From: Bugula neritina
Lineage: Eukaryota; Animalia; Bryozoa
DNA: 64,000 nt
NCBI GenBank assembly: GCA_964035545.1
Contig: OZ037768.1
Coordinates: 9,022,741-9,086,740, forward strand
Direction: 5' to 3'
Both the position numbers and the translations under genes were made by a program. A model generated the notes under the pieces. The model searched no databases. It saw only the letters and a program-made list of their open reading frames with translations, and was not told where the DNA came from. Shown in pieces: positions 12,601 to 27,600 of this stretch; the first letter of the stretch is position 1, and every line of letters starts with the position of its first letter.

Positions 12601-15600
12601 GGAGATGTAGGAGCAGAAGCTTCATTTCTTGCAGAGAGAGTTGACTTTTGAGGAGACTGATAACCAAAGGGGATAACTCTACCATTCGGTAGATCTCTAC
12701 TTCTTCGAATTTCTTCACTTCTCTGCATATCAGCTTCAACACCATATTTCTTGGATGTCTTGGGTGGAGGCTGACCTTGAGGTGAAATTTTGTCATCAGA
12801 TTTAACAACTGATCTCTTTTTAGGTATTTCAGTCTGAGCCGATGACTTTTCTGGAAGCTTGCTAGGCTTTGGTTGAGGTACTCCAACTTTTACACTGGGT
12901 TTAGAAGGTTCAACAGATACTTTACCGGATGTAACTTTACTTCCAACTGAAGGTTTAGGTTTAACCGATTTTGGCTCTACTACTTTATTATCTGAGTTGA
13001 GCTTAGTTGGCTTAATTACAGGCTTGACTTTAGGTTTCTCAGTTGTAACTTTCTTAGGTGGCTCAGCAATTTCAGCTTGTAACTTCTTTGGTGTGAGAGG
13101 CTTGGCAGGAGGCACACTGACAATGCTCTCAGCCTGTCTTTTTGGAGATTCAGGTTGAGCTGATGGCACGCTTATAGCATCCGCATCAACTTTCTTCTCT
13201 TGAGGTGCAAATTTTGGAGTGGTTGTTTCTAATTTGGTTTTACTATCAACAGACTGCTTACCAATCGGTTTTTTCTTGGCATCAACTGTTTTTTTAACAT
13301 TTACTTTATCAACAGCTTTTTTTGCTGGTGTCGTAGGTTCCCCTTTTGGAATGCTAGCAGTTTCGGCATCAGTATTAGACAAGTTCACTGTACTTGGCTC
13401 CTCTTCTGATTTTGGGTCTTCCTTGAATTCTGGAGGAGGAAGCACTTTGCTGTCAGGTTTAGGTATCTGCTGCTGTAGCTGTTCTGCAGCCTCCCAGATA
13501 GCTGTATTGCCACTATATAAAAATGGTTCTGCTGGTGGTTTAGGGGAAAGTGTTTTGTTGAATGTCTCCAATTCATCAGAACTTTTCTTTCCTTTCTTAG
13601 AAGGAATTACTTGAGGCTTCTTCTCTGGTGACTTCTGTTTCACAGGAGTCTTTTTTTCTGGTGGTTTTTTGTTTAGAGGTTTCACAGCGGGAGTTTTCTT
13701 TTCTGGGAACTTTTCGGCCAACTGATTTTCATTTGAGCTTTTCCTATCTTTTGGCTCCTATTAAAAATAAACCATTGTCTCATAAATAAATAGAAAAAAG
13801 CAAACATGCAAAGAATTTTTAATTTAACAAACAAACACAGACTTACATCTTTAGATCTCGAATGAGTTGATGGAATAGCAGGTTTAATGTTCTCATTGTT
13901 TACTGGTTTGACATCAGCTACGAGCTCTGCTGTCTTTACTGGAACCTGCTCTGGTTGACTGGAAGATGACTGGTCTGGTAGTTGAGAGATATCCTGGGAT
14001 TTTGTTTGACTAGTATCAGTCCGTGAGACATTGCCAGGTGCTGAAGTTTCAGCAGTATGCGGACCAAGTTCTTTCTTATCTACATCTGCAACGTCTGCAG
14101 CTTTCACTTCTGGTTCACTAGGTTTTTGTTGATCAGGTGATTCCTTTTCGTTGTTCTTCTTTTTCGGACTTTCAACCTCATCTGGTTTGGTCTTAAAATA
14201 GTGTCAATGTGCGAGCATTTCATGACTTTACACTGAAGTAAAAATTTCAATTATGTTGAAGACCTCACTATCAATTAAAGCTTCAATTAGAGTCTATACT
14301 AATGCAAGAGATTATATATTATATAAAAAATTGAGTACATGTCATGTTCATGGCATATGTTAGGTAATTTACTTACAGCTTTTGAATCTAATTTCTTATC
14401 TGTACCAAACAACAAGTCAAAATCAACATCATCAGTTCCCTTAGCACCAGCTTTTCTTAGTTGCTTTTTCAACTTCACCTTCTTTTTGATGGGCACTTCT
14501 GCAAATCATGACTTACAAATATATGTAATTACTAACAAATATCGGTAAGAATTATTTAACCTGTTATAATGTGTTATAAGTATTACAATTTAAAGAAACC
14601 ATTTTAAAAGTTAATGAAACATAAAATTACCTTGCTCTGTTGGTGTCACTTCAACTTGAGGTGGTTTAGGTTCTTCCTGGGGGGTTGAGGGTCGTGACCC
14701 TTCTTCTGACTTGTGTTCTTCTACTGCTGCAGCAAGTTTTGAATCCTCTTGCGACGTGGAAGACTTTGGTTCCCCCTGTCGAGTTGAAGATTTCGTGTCC
14801 TGTGATTTAGGTTCTGAAGCTGGCTTGGCTCCTTTGTTGGGTTTAGTTTCAAGTTTAGAAACTGCTGTCTTTGCGGGAGTTGACTTTGGTTCAGATTTCA
14901 CTTTAGTAGCAGCAGGCAGATCTTTTTCTGCTGGTTTCGCAGAAGCATCAGCCTCTACAGGTGGAGCCTTTGGCTTTTCTTGAAGTAACTTAGATGGTGG
15001 GTCTCTGTTGATAGGTTTTCCAGGATATGCCTGCAGTAGAAAAAACCAAAATCAATTAATTTTCTCTAAATTTAGATGTCAGGGTGACATAGTTGGTAGA
15101 ATACACGCATCTCAAATAAAAAAGCTATGGGCTTTAATTCCAGCGACAATGTTTTAGAGCTTGTAAAGCGTTTGAGCAAGTTTATCACCTTACCCCGCTG
15201 GGTTCAGTCTGAAGCTGAGATAAACAATTAAATTATATGTTATGCAATTCATCACCGTGAACATTACATATTCATTACTGTCACAACTGTTGAGAGTAGC
15301 TGTGTATGAGACATGTGAAAAGTGGCCTTTGGTGGAAAAGCATCAGACTCAGAAATATCCATGCCTGATAGAAAATGGTTTAGTTAAGGTATCTTGGGAC
15401 AAAAATGATTAAAGGTGATATTCAGGTATTATGGATAATTACTCTAGTATTAACCAACTACAGTTTAAACAGCTTACCTCAATATTCTTTAGCAAATTAC
15501 GATGAGCCTACAATTAAAAATATTAAATCACATTTAAAAAAATCCATATGCAAGTGCAACAAACATACATATTATAAATCAACAAAAAATTCTTTAAAAA

Positions 15601-18600
15601 AGTGAACACTCTTACAATGCTATAAATTATTGATGAATGATAAATTATTGCCAACATATCACTGACCTGTTTTATGGCATCTTTCTTGGCTTTTATCTTT
15701 TGTCGTTCTTTTTCCCTTTCATCGTCAGAATCTACAATGCAAAGTTCTACTGTATCGTTGAGCTTGTGTACTGATATATAAGCAAGTTCCATAGCAGCCT
15801 GAACGTACTTCATCTCATCTCACGTATATGTGAATACTCCAAGTATGTTACTTTTATAGTAACTCACTTACGTAGGTATATATTGATAAACTATTCCGAA
15901 TATCATGTGCTGGCCAATTAGTAAGAACAAGCAAACAGCAAGTCTTACACGTACAACAAAATAAAAATCTCAAAATACAAAAGATGCCAAATTATACAGT
16001 CGGGACACAATGGGCCTGAATGTCAATAGAAATCAGCAAAACAAAAGACTCAAACACAAAGTAATGCTATTGTCATATGAATGATAGTGGAAATTTTGAA
16101 ACTATCAGCCTAATTTTAAAGTTTTTTCTTTTTAATTTTACTGAACTAAGCGAACTGACGTTGAATTATTGAATTTACAAAAAGTGCAACATATTCTCAA
16201 CTACACTGTTAGGATGAGCTACCTCTTACAACAAAAATCACTTAATAAAACAATACTAGTATAAACATGTTGGGCACCCTGTTCAAATACGTGCTAGAAT
16301 TAGTAATTTTGTCCAACAAATTTGCTTTCCTTATTTTGATGTGCATCATTGACATGATTTACTAGATTAGTCTATTGTATTTAGACATATATGCAGGTAA
16401 AAACTGACAAGAATGTTAGTCTATCATATACTGTAGGCCGTAGGGTGATTTCCTACATAGTTTTGGGGCTTATAAAAACTTAAAAATTTTTTTTACCAAT
16501 CAAATGAAAGTTTACTTGAATGCCAAAACTTATTTAAAATAGCAAAAAAATTGGACAACTTATACTATGTTTTGCAGCAAAACATGAGCTTAAAAACCCT
16601 TGAGGAGATGCATTCTTATCGCCCAAAATACTGTTAGGTTATACCTAATCTACATTCTCCAGATTGCTACTGATAAAATATTAGTCAGTAAAATTGGATG
16701 GAAATTTAATAAAAAAAAATAACTTGCAGCAGCTTCATAGTGTATTGCTAATAATGACTTAAATTTTTAATAAGTAACCAAGTAAACTACCAGATCCTAG
16801 TGATCAGATCAAAGGGTTGGGTACTCAAAATTGCCGTTTTCTCTTAATGAGTTGTTAGCAGGTGCTCAGACTCATACAGCCTTTCTCTAGTGAGTTGAGA
16901 CCTCAGAGTTACTCTAATTACTTTTTTGTATTTGCCAAAACCAATTGTAGTAGGGAACTGTTATCCCCTGTTACCCAACCTAATAGATCAGTTTGCTGAC
17001 CGGTCAAATTATTATTCTAATAGCAACTTAATTTGTTTGTAACATTATAAAAATATACAACTAGGTACCTCCATATTTTAGCCTTCAGATTTATTAATAG
17101 TTTTAGGTCACTACATGAAAAAAACAACATAACATTTGTGTAATGAAACACACCTATGACTTCTTCATAATCGGCAAATGGGTCAGATTTATTTGCTCCA
17201 AGTTTAACAGACTTTTTTCTACCGAGAGGTGTTTTGGGTTGGCTATTGGATGCTACAATATAAACCATGATACAGTTTCGTGTGGTATTTCATGAAATTA
17301 GCATAGATATACTATATATAAAATTTCAAGGTGAAACAAGGGGTGTTTTAATGATGAAGTCAGCACCTCTATTGTAGTGAACTAGCCTAGTGAACTAGGC
17401 TATAGAAGCCTCAACTCAACTCAAAGCCTAGTGAACTAGGCTTTGAGTTGAGCATTAACTCTTCACTGATGTCCTTTATTATGTTTTATTATACTTCTAT
17501 TGACATCCTATTGACATCGTCAAGACTACAATTATTGCAATTCAAACTTACATGATTAGGAAAAACATAAATAAACAATAAACAAAAAAGGAAACAATAT
17601 AATTAATGTAAATAACTTACTTATTTTGCTCTCTTAAAATTACACCTGTTCACTAGCACCAACTATTGCCAAGTGCCAGAGTTAGCACTGGCTGTGCTGT
17701 AGAAAGCTTTTCTTAGTGTAGCTAAAATAGCTTAGCAAACTAGCGCTAATTTCACTACATCTATATTGTTTGTTAAGGTGCAGGCAAAAAACCAACTAAA
17801 GTGAGCAAAAGAAATTGAGAGAAAATGACTTGATGTCGTATTTTAAAAGTAGAAAACTTTACCAGCATCACTTTTTAAAATAGATTTCAATCTTGGAACC
17901 AGCGGAATTTCTGGTTCAGCTAAAAAATTAGTTCCTTTGTAATAAAAAACTTAATCGTGTAAGAAACACATTAAAAATTGCATAGGAACATTGTTCTCAG
18001 CAGTGAAAATGATAGAAAATGTCATGAACAACTTGAGTGATACATACTCATATCTTTACATAGACTATGTACAGTGAACTTATCCAAGACAGTTCTCTAT
18101 GCAAAGTAATAGCTGCCCGCCCATAGCGCAGAAAAAACTGTGAACAAGAGATTTAAGAAAGAAATTAGCATATGGAACTCTTGAAACTTGCAGAAGAAAC
18201 ACCGCAGACATCACAAATAATAAGTAGATAAGTTGCATTGTTAGAGAGAAACACTTTCAAGTTCAGCAGCAAAGCCTTACCACCACTATTGGAGAGAATT
18301 GATTTTAATTTATTGTCATACATGGCAGGCTGTTTATCAGTCTCAGCTGTAAATATAACATTGTACTTGAACAGACTATAACACATTTATAGCTTTAGTA
18401 CCAGATTCTGAGACTAATTCTCACTTTTTCATAAAACTTGGCAATATTCCAGACATAGGAATTGCCAGCTTTAGCAGTGCCATAGCTATGTAGAACTAAG
18501 TAACTCACGCTTTATCACCTTGTCAAAAGGTGTGAATAACTCCAAAACAGTTCAGTATAGAGATATAATGTTTACGTAATATAAAATAACTAAGACATGA

Positions 18601-21600
18601 CATTACATTTTGGTTTAGTTGGGACAGGTTCCTTGGACTTTGCGCTGGCTGTTGCAACTTCTTTTGATTTGGAGGGAGTAACTGTCCCTTCTTTAGCCTT
18701 AGTAGCAGCAACTGAACTTTCTTTTTGTTGTGGACCAAGATTTTTGGGCTCTTTTGCTTTCGATACAGACTTTGGTACAACTTTCACTTCCTTAGGTTTT
18801 TCTGCAGGTGTTTCTGGAGTTTTGGTCAGTTGGCGTTGAGGTGCGGGTGTGGGCTCTCGGCTACTATCGTCGCTAAAATATTTCAACTCAGTTGATACAG
18901 ATGCTACACAAAGTAGAAACTATATCTCCCAACTGATCTACTCAAACCTTGGCTTGTCACTTTAACAACTAAACATGTGTCCATACACCAAAACTCATGC
19001 AGGAATATCTATGGCATAACACATGCAATAGATGTAACTCCAGTGGCGTGTTCCACCTATTTGTTTCAAGAAGGTAGTGCCACTTAGTTCTCTAAAATAC
19101 AGAGTTACTTGTATTGAGATTCGTTTGGATTTCTGCTGTACACTACGATGGTACATCACTTTAAGAGTAATTTATTTGACTTACTCATCCAAGTCTAGAT
19201 TTGCAAATGGATTATTTTGTCCCAATGACGCTGCCATGATGGCTTGATGCCTTTCTTGAATGGAGCTGGTGGAGGCGATAGCTACAATTAAGTAAATATA
19301 TCAAAGACACGAACCCGATGTGCATTGGACAAAAATTAGGAAACCATAATTTAGAAGTAATAAACTGCAGGGTTGAATAAAAAAAGTATAAATGAACTAA
19401 AATAAAATCTTATTGTCACAATACTATTATAAGTTATTGTTGATTTGAATTCTATGGTCAAGTTTATGAAACTATCGAGACATGACTCAGATATTATTTT
19501 ATGTTATGAATCAAACTGGGTAGCACACAAGTGAGGCCTATAGTGTAAAGTGCTTACATTTTGGTTTCTTATTGCTAGATAAGGTTGAAGTTGAGGCTAG
19601 CACAGACTTAGGGACAGGAGCTGGGGTAGGGGGTTGCTGGAAAGCTGGCGTTGGGTAGCCATATGGAGCTGAAGGAGGGTAGCCGTAGGGAGCATTTGGT
19701 GGATAACCCGCTGGAGGATAACCCGCTGGTGGGTAACCAGTTGGTGGAAAACCTGGTGGTGGGTAACCCGCCGGTGGGTAACCCGCCGGTGGGTAGCCTG
19801 CCGGTGGGTAGCCTGCTGGAGGATAACCTGCTGGTGGATAACCTGCTTGCGGGTAACCCGCTGGTGGGACTCCGTACGGAGCTGCATGCCGCTGAGAAGG
19901 CTCTGCTGAAAACGATATACATATTTGACTCAACACAGTGATAAATGGCAATGACTTGGTCTAAACAAGTGCTTGACATCACAGTTACAGTTGCAGAACA
20001 GAGCATTACAATGTGGAGGAAGCCCTCAGTAGAACTGATTTAGTCAGCGTACTATTTTGCTGCCACTCACCTCTAGACGCTGACCTGTCCACAGACAGAT
20101 CTGTAGGATCATTGACAGGCAGAGGAGCCACAGCCTTCTTTGGCTTAGTCCGCACAGGCTGCAAGCAAAGTTATTACAATACATAGAAGACAACTCACAT
20201 TACACAAACAGACCAACACAACTTCCTTATGTAGAAGTTAAAACAATGTCAAGTGAATATTACAGTTTAGCATTTCAGTGCAGCCAAATTCTATAAAAAA
20301 GAAGAAAGGATTTAATTAATATAAGCAGCGATTAATTTTTCTACCTGTACAGAATCATATGTAGTCATGCTGTTCTATAAATCAAAAGTAATAGAGTATA
20401 GAATGTTAGTACAGAATTTAATCTAGCCAAATTTATAAGACTTGGCGGATTGTGTTATCTAAGATTTTTTTACAACAAATATGGAATTTTGTTCCAACAG
20501 TGTATTTAAACAACACAGAATAGTGAACATAAAAACATAATATTTCCTTATTGGCTAAAAAAATGAAAATAATCTTTTAGACTTTTCTATGCTACTCTGA
20601 AAGCTGCTCAATTTCAACCAAGAGGAATTAATTTATTCGGACACAGTATACTGTATGCGTACTATAAACACACTTATTTACTCAGATATAATACATTAAC
20701 ATGACACTGTCTTTCTCTTAAAACATGAAATTTATGTTAATTACAGATTTTTTGCTTGCAGTCTGTAATGTTGGAAAATTTTTTTACCACTCTGAGAGCT
20801 TTTTTGTTAAAAAGGATGTTTTCAATAAAGATGCCCAACAGCAATATACTAGAGTCTACACGCCTTAAAGGTTGGCTGTTAGTAACAAAAGAAGAATTCA
20901 AAGTAGATAATTTAGTTAAAAGTAAAAACAACACGACAATGCAAGTACATGTACACCTACCCCATCAATATCAGCATCAACGTCATGCAGGAGTCTCCTT
21001 AGTTTAATAATATCCACAGTAGACATCTTCCCATTGCGCTTAATAGAAATAGTTTTAGACACCTTGGAAGCACGCGACGTAGCTGAAGATGGAGCATTTC
21101 TAATCTTAACTGGGGAGGCATCAGACGCCGCCCCATCAGACGGTGGTTTTCGCTTCAGTATGCTAACATCTGACTCAGTGACTTCTTCTGGCATTATGTC
21201 TGCTAAATGAGCAAAAAACTTACTTATAAACTACCCGATAACATATGCATCATGCACTAGAAGATACGCACTCAGAGCTCTAAACTCACATTATGAAAGC
21301 AGCGATATGATAGGTTTACCTTGTTGTTGAGTTTGGAGTTTAATATCTGGTTGAGATTCTAATTGTTTGTCTGTTTGTGAATCGAGATTAGTTTCCAACT
21401 GAGCTGCAGTGGATGTTTGAGACTGCGGGGCAAGAGGTAACTTAGTTTCAGTCTCTGACTTTAGATCAGTTACAGAAGGCTCTGGTGATTTCACAGAGCT
21501 GGTATTTTTTTCAAGAGCAACAACTGGTTCTGGAGTAGCAGGAGGGACACCTAATGGTGTTTCGCACCTGTATTCAGCAACTGAAGGGGGTGGAGTAGGA

Positions 21601-24600
21601 AGAGGTGTAGGGGGTGGTGAACCTAATGGTGTTTCGCACCTGTATTCAGCAACTGAAGGGGGTGGAGTAGGGAGAGGTGTAGGGGGTGGTGAACCTAATG
21701 GGGTTTCACACCTGTATTCAGCAACTGAAGGGGGTGGAGTAGGCGGAGGTGTAGGGGGTGGTGAACCTAATGGTGTTTCGCAACGAGCCTCCGCAACTGA
21801 AGGGGGTGGAGTTGGAGGTGGTGTAGGGGGTGGCGAACCAAATGGTGTTTCACAACGAGCCTCCGCAACTGAAGGGGGTGGAGTAGGAGGTGGTGTAGGG
21901 GGTGGCGAACCAAATGGTGATTCTACTGCTGCTTCTCCAATGGAAGGCACAGGAGAAGGTGGAGGACTACAATCTGGTGTTTCAATGTGACCAGATGCAA
22001 CAGAGGGAGCTGAAATAGAAACTTTACAAAATTATTTGTTAAGACTATATTCATATTATAACACCTATTGTGAAGAGTTTTAATGTTAACTTTACACCAA
22101 ATATAGATACGAAAACTATTCTACAAAGCTACAAAATTGCTTTACTAGTCAACATAACAAAAAAATTCAATAAAAAACCAACACTGTTTCCATGAACAAA
22201 AGTCTTACGTGGTGTGGGAGGTGGTGTACCGAATGGAGTGCCAGGTAAAGAGAATGCTGGTACTGAGTCTAGACTAATAGTATCTTCAATATCAGGGGTT
22301 AAAGGTGGTGGAGGACCTTTACGCTTTGGTGCATGCTTATGAAGATTGAACACATCAAATAGAGAGAAGGCAGCCTGTTTAGCTTGAGGTTCTTCAGAAC
22401 TCAATAGTTTAATATGTGCAGGTAGCTCGTCGTCAGATTCCTCGTTTTCAAATGTGTTGGCTTTAAACACTTGGTCTATGGGATCATCGTGGTCTGTGAT
22501 ATTAGTAACAGTGCGTTGTCCCAAAGTCAAATTAGTCGGTGTTCTAGATTTAACAGTCCTTGGAGTTTTACTTCTCACTGATGGAGATCTTAGTGAAGTA
22601 GCAACAGATTTTTCTTTAGAAAGTTTGCTGACTGCTTTTGTAAAACTTTTCTTTAGTTCACTTTTTGTTCTGCTAACTCTCGGTTCACCATCATCTGCTT
22701 TTGAGTCTCTAACTACTGATTTCTCTCGAGGAGTTTTATTTGGCTGATCCCTAGGAGTATCAGTTTTACTAGATGTGACTAAAGTCTTCTCTTTGACTGG
22801 TGCTGCCGACTCTAAAACTGCTGATACAGGCTTTGGCTGTTTGTTTACTTTTTTCTTCCCTGAGATCTGATTATTTTTATTTTTATCAGTTTGAAATTTC
22901 TGATCAGTTTTGGTATTAGTTGACTGGCTAAGCACAGGATCCTCAGCTGATTCAGCCGGTTTGTTTGTGCTTTGATCAGGGTTACCACTTTCCTGGCTAG
23001 AGTCTACTTTAGGTTTAGTTTTAGTAGCAAGTTTTTTAGACTTCTTTTTATTTGCCGGTGGTTCTTCTACAGCTACTTTCGGTTGATCTTCAAGCTGAAC
23101 CTCAGGCTGAGCTGTGAGTACTGGTTCAGGTGTGGGCGGGGAATCAGCAGCTACACAATTCAAAGCAAACATTAATGAAAACTCGCAAAAAGCACATTTC
23201 TTAAAAATAAAATTCATCAAGAAAATAAGATTTCAGTTGACAATGTATACCTAACTGCTTAAAAGATTTAATTTTAGAAAGATCTATCATTAAAAATGAC
23301 ACTGTGAAATAAAAAAAAAGAAGTTAGAACTTACGGGGAACAGAAGGTGGCCTGGAGTCAGGTACTGGATTAGCAGTTACTGCAATTACTGTTACTTCAG
23401 GTGTATCTGGTTTCTTTGCTTCTGGCTCTGCTGTGGTATCCTGAGGAGGGATAAGTGCAGAGTTCTTTTTTTGTTCTATAGAGAGAGCTGTTGCAGATGT
23501 CTGTTTATCTACTTTTGGCTCTTCAACTTCTTTGATAGGCTGATATTATCAAAATAAAGATAAGCTTCAAATACACCTTCACTCATTGAACTGGGTCAAT
23601 CCAAAATGGATGGCACAATAGATGTACCAACCATGACAACACTCTCAAACATTGAACATCAAAATACATACAATGTTGCATTATAGCAACAAATATTGGC
23701 CGGAACAATAAAGATCCAATAGATACATGCACAATCAATAATTATATTGAGCTAACAATAGGGTATATTGATAAGAAGATTTATTGAATATTAGGTTCAC
23801 CGGACCATTTCTTTTACATGAAATAATGAATCAATATTTCTGAATAAATCTTATATCACAATACATATTTTGGAGTTACAGCAATAAAGATACTCAACTA
23901 ATATGTGTAACATTGAGCCTAGTAAATCAACTATATTAGCTGAAGAAAATGACTATGAATTGGTTTAGCAGAGGAAACTTCTACATTACCTATTGATACT
24001 CTCTTAGAGTCTCTTCACAGTAACTTTTAATTTTCAACATATTTCAATAAGAATTATACACACTTAGTGCGCTTTCGGATTCCGTACGAGTAGGAAATGC
24101 AAAAGTGCCCTAAATAGTTTTTAATTTATTCAGTGAAATTAAAACTTGGTGACTTATTTTATGCAAGTTTTGTTAAAAAATAGACATATTTTCATGTCGA
24201 TAGTTGTGAATTTTAAACTGCCTAGAAAAGCCAAAACCAACTAATTCTGGCATGTTGTCAACTTGCATATTCAATATTTTCAAGCAATCACAGTTAAATA
24301 ATTTTAAAAATTAGATGGTCATAAACTTATCTACATTAACTTTGGTAACAGCCATAACATAGATAATCCATTTTAAAACTAGCATACAGTTTTGAAAACA
24401 GAAATGGGAAAGAGGTCTTGTACATCATGAATTAATCAGTTTTTCACACGTTATAGATAAGATCAAATATTGAATAAAGGGTAAAATTAAAAATCTTCGC
24501 TATATCTAAATTTCCAGTTTAAATTTACCAAATCTAAAAAATAGCCTATACTTAGTTGCATGAACATGTCAACTATGAAATTGCATAACATAACATAGTA

Positions 24601-27600
24601 AACCTATGTTATCTAATATTTACATCTTTAATTGCATTTAAAATCAATTTTCAAAGTTCTGTCAAAAACAGTGACAAAATAAAACAATCAGGGAACAAAT
24701 TTTGGATGTAACGTCTTATTGTATTTCAACATCTGCATTATAAGAAATTGCTTCCCCTTTTTTATTTTTACTCATCTAATGAATTTATAAAATATATCTG
24801 CTCTTTATACAGAGATTAAAAATTATTTTCAATTTATTTTGCAGATAAAAAACATAGAAAGTAAAAGTCATAACGTAACTCTCTACAGTGGAAAAGAGTA
24901 TTTACCCTTATAGCTGATGTGTGTCCCTCCAGAAACTCATAGTCATAATCATCACTAGATCCTTTCAACCTCTTCTTCTTTCTTTTCTTTTTCTTATTTG
25001 ATTCTGTAACATGAATTGCATTATAATATTTATTACAATAATAATTAGAGAGAGTCAAGTCAGCTTATACAACTTTACAAATATTACAGCATTCATTACT
25101 CTGGATCCATTTTTACAGCTTATGTGAAAAATCTCTAACAACCATCATTTGTAATTTATACCAACTCCGTTATCACAGATTTAGTAATCGGTGACCGCAT
25201 GCAGCTACGAAACAAAGGACTTTACTCAAAAGAGCTAAACAATCAAACATGGTAAATTGAATTATATCAAATTAAAAATGTAAGATATTGTTAACAGATC
25301 ACTATTAGGATGTACAGATGTAGACTGTACACCAGTCTTCATAGAAGAAACTAAACTAATAACACAATGAAGTTGAATTAAAATGTTAACCATGGGCTCA
25401 CCTGATGACTGTGGACGTGAATGCTCAGTTTTATCCTCCGCTGACTTATCGTTAGGCAAGATGTCAGGCTTCCTATCTTTCTCCTCTACTTCCTTTGCCT
25501 AGAAGTAGCAATTTACCATAAAATATCACTTGAATATCAAATCAGAGGAATAATTAATAATGACACCTAATCTTTCAATATAAATTTTAATCACCATATA
25601 GACAAAATTTTATAATGAGCAAAGTCATTGCACATGCATATCACATTTATTAAGTAAAAAATATATATTGTAAGCGGTCAAATGACAGTTTTAAAAATGC
25701 TTCAACGATTGTCAAGTATAATGTAGTGATAAATATAGATATGAAAGTAAAATCTATATTTAATGCAGATTATCATAAAGAATCTCACTGGAATCGTTTT
25801 CTCAGCAGCAGACGTTGATGAAACAGCAGAGGCAGCTTTAGCTACGGAGTCAACACTTCTCTGCTTCAATTTTTCTTCCTTGGAATCAGATTTAGACTCT
25901 TCAGCACTAGATTCTCTTACAACCAAGTCATCTGACTTCTCTGCTTTTGGAGTTTCTTTAGCCTTAGTGCTATCTGTTTTAGATTTTATCAACTCATCTT
26001 TAGGGTGTGTCTTTGATTTTAGTGTGCGCGGGCTTGCTTTAGCCACAGGCTTCAAAGGACTGGTTTTTGCTTTACTCTTACCATCTGTCTTGCTGCTAGG
26101 TTTCGTGGGCACCTTCTGAGATTTTTGATGTAACTTGCCAGGAGCAGCTGCACCAGTGATTTTATTACTTGTGTCTAAATTGTTAATCTTTTTGTCTGTA
26201 ATATTATAAATACATTTTCATTAAATGCTTGTACACACACTTTGATGCTTGATTTTATAGCCGAGATCAATTGGAAAAATTAGAGCGCAAAAAGCTCTTC
26301 TAGCAGAATGAAAAAATCATTTTGATGTACATAAAACACAGTAGATATACTTTTACCATATAACTATACTAAGAAAACAGCCTTGGTGACAGTCAATTGC
26401 CTTACAAGCATGTGCTTCATATATCTTATACTAATGCTAGTGTAGACACCTATATCGTTAGTTATACTTATACCTATAAGTTACTTATTTGGTGGTGTTC
26501 TTTATTTCACATTATAGTATATATTATGCATACAAATGCACGCACACATGCATACACATGCGAGCGCTAGCATGCCAGTACACATCCAAACAAGTAAAGT
26601 GACTCATCATAGTAAGGGAAAACTAATTTTTCAGCTTCAAACTAAAGATGCTGTGACATTTCAGAAAAATTCTCACCTGATCTTGGAGTTGCCTCCTCAT
26701 CTGAATCAGAAACATCGTCATACGAAGCTAGATTTAAAGTAGTAACTTTTTGGGTAAGTAATTCGGGTTCAGACTTTTCATCTGATATGTTCTGCTTCAC
26801 TGGCTCCAGCTTTTTGGCTGATTCTGATTTCTTTGGTTGCTCTTGCTTTGAATTTGTTGGTACAGGTTTTTTCAGTGTCTCTGGTTTTGGCTGTTTTATC
26901 GATTCTGGCTTCTTTACTGGATCTGAAGTTTTTATTTCTTCTTGATTCACTTCCTTCTTTGGATCTGAAATTTCCTTGAGGTCTGATTTCTTTTCATGCT
27001 CAGTCTTGCTTGTCGGCTCAGTTTTCTGAACTGGCTCTCTTTCTATAGTCTTGGGTTCAGGCTTCGGCTCTTTAGGAGGTGCTTGTTTTTTAACTGCAAT
27101 TAAACTCTCAAGTTGTTGGCACAAAATAATTTTAAGACTGTAAGCAGCGATAACATTTTCAAATAAATTGCACATTCACGCTTTTATAGAAAAGCAAAAA
27201 CAGTACTCTTCTCAAATCAATAACAGAATAAACAAGTTCAGTAGGAAAATACGTCACTTGATATACAAGAGAGGCTAATTTTTTTTCAAAGCATAGGCTA
27301 CAAACATAACAATTGGCTTACATTTATCTTACCAGTAATGAAAAGCTTATTCAATAAAGTTATCTTATCCCAGGCATTTGCAATTGTAATTGAATTTTTT
27401 CAAATATTTTGTTCAATCAAGTTGGAAAAACAACTTCTAAAAACTAGTTTACTTCAAGTTTACAAAAAATAACCAGAAACACCAACAGTGGTTTAACTTA
27501 TAGTAAACTGTGCCGTATTTAAATTTCATAAAATTTTGTGGCATTTAAAACAGTTTTTATTGAAAGCCTTTATTGAGTAAATTCTGCTAACTGCTCTTAT

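Noticed and set aside
16437-17000. Weak inverted repeats suggesting MITEs (about 16440-16645 and 16800-16995)
   Set aside because: Arms too degenerate and no convincing target-site duplication.
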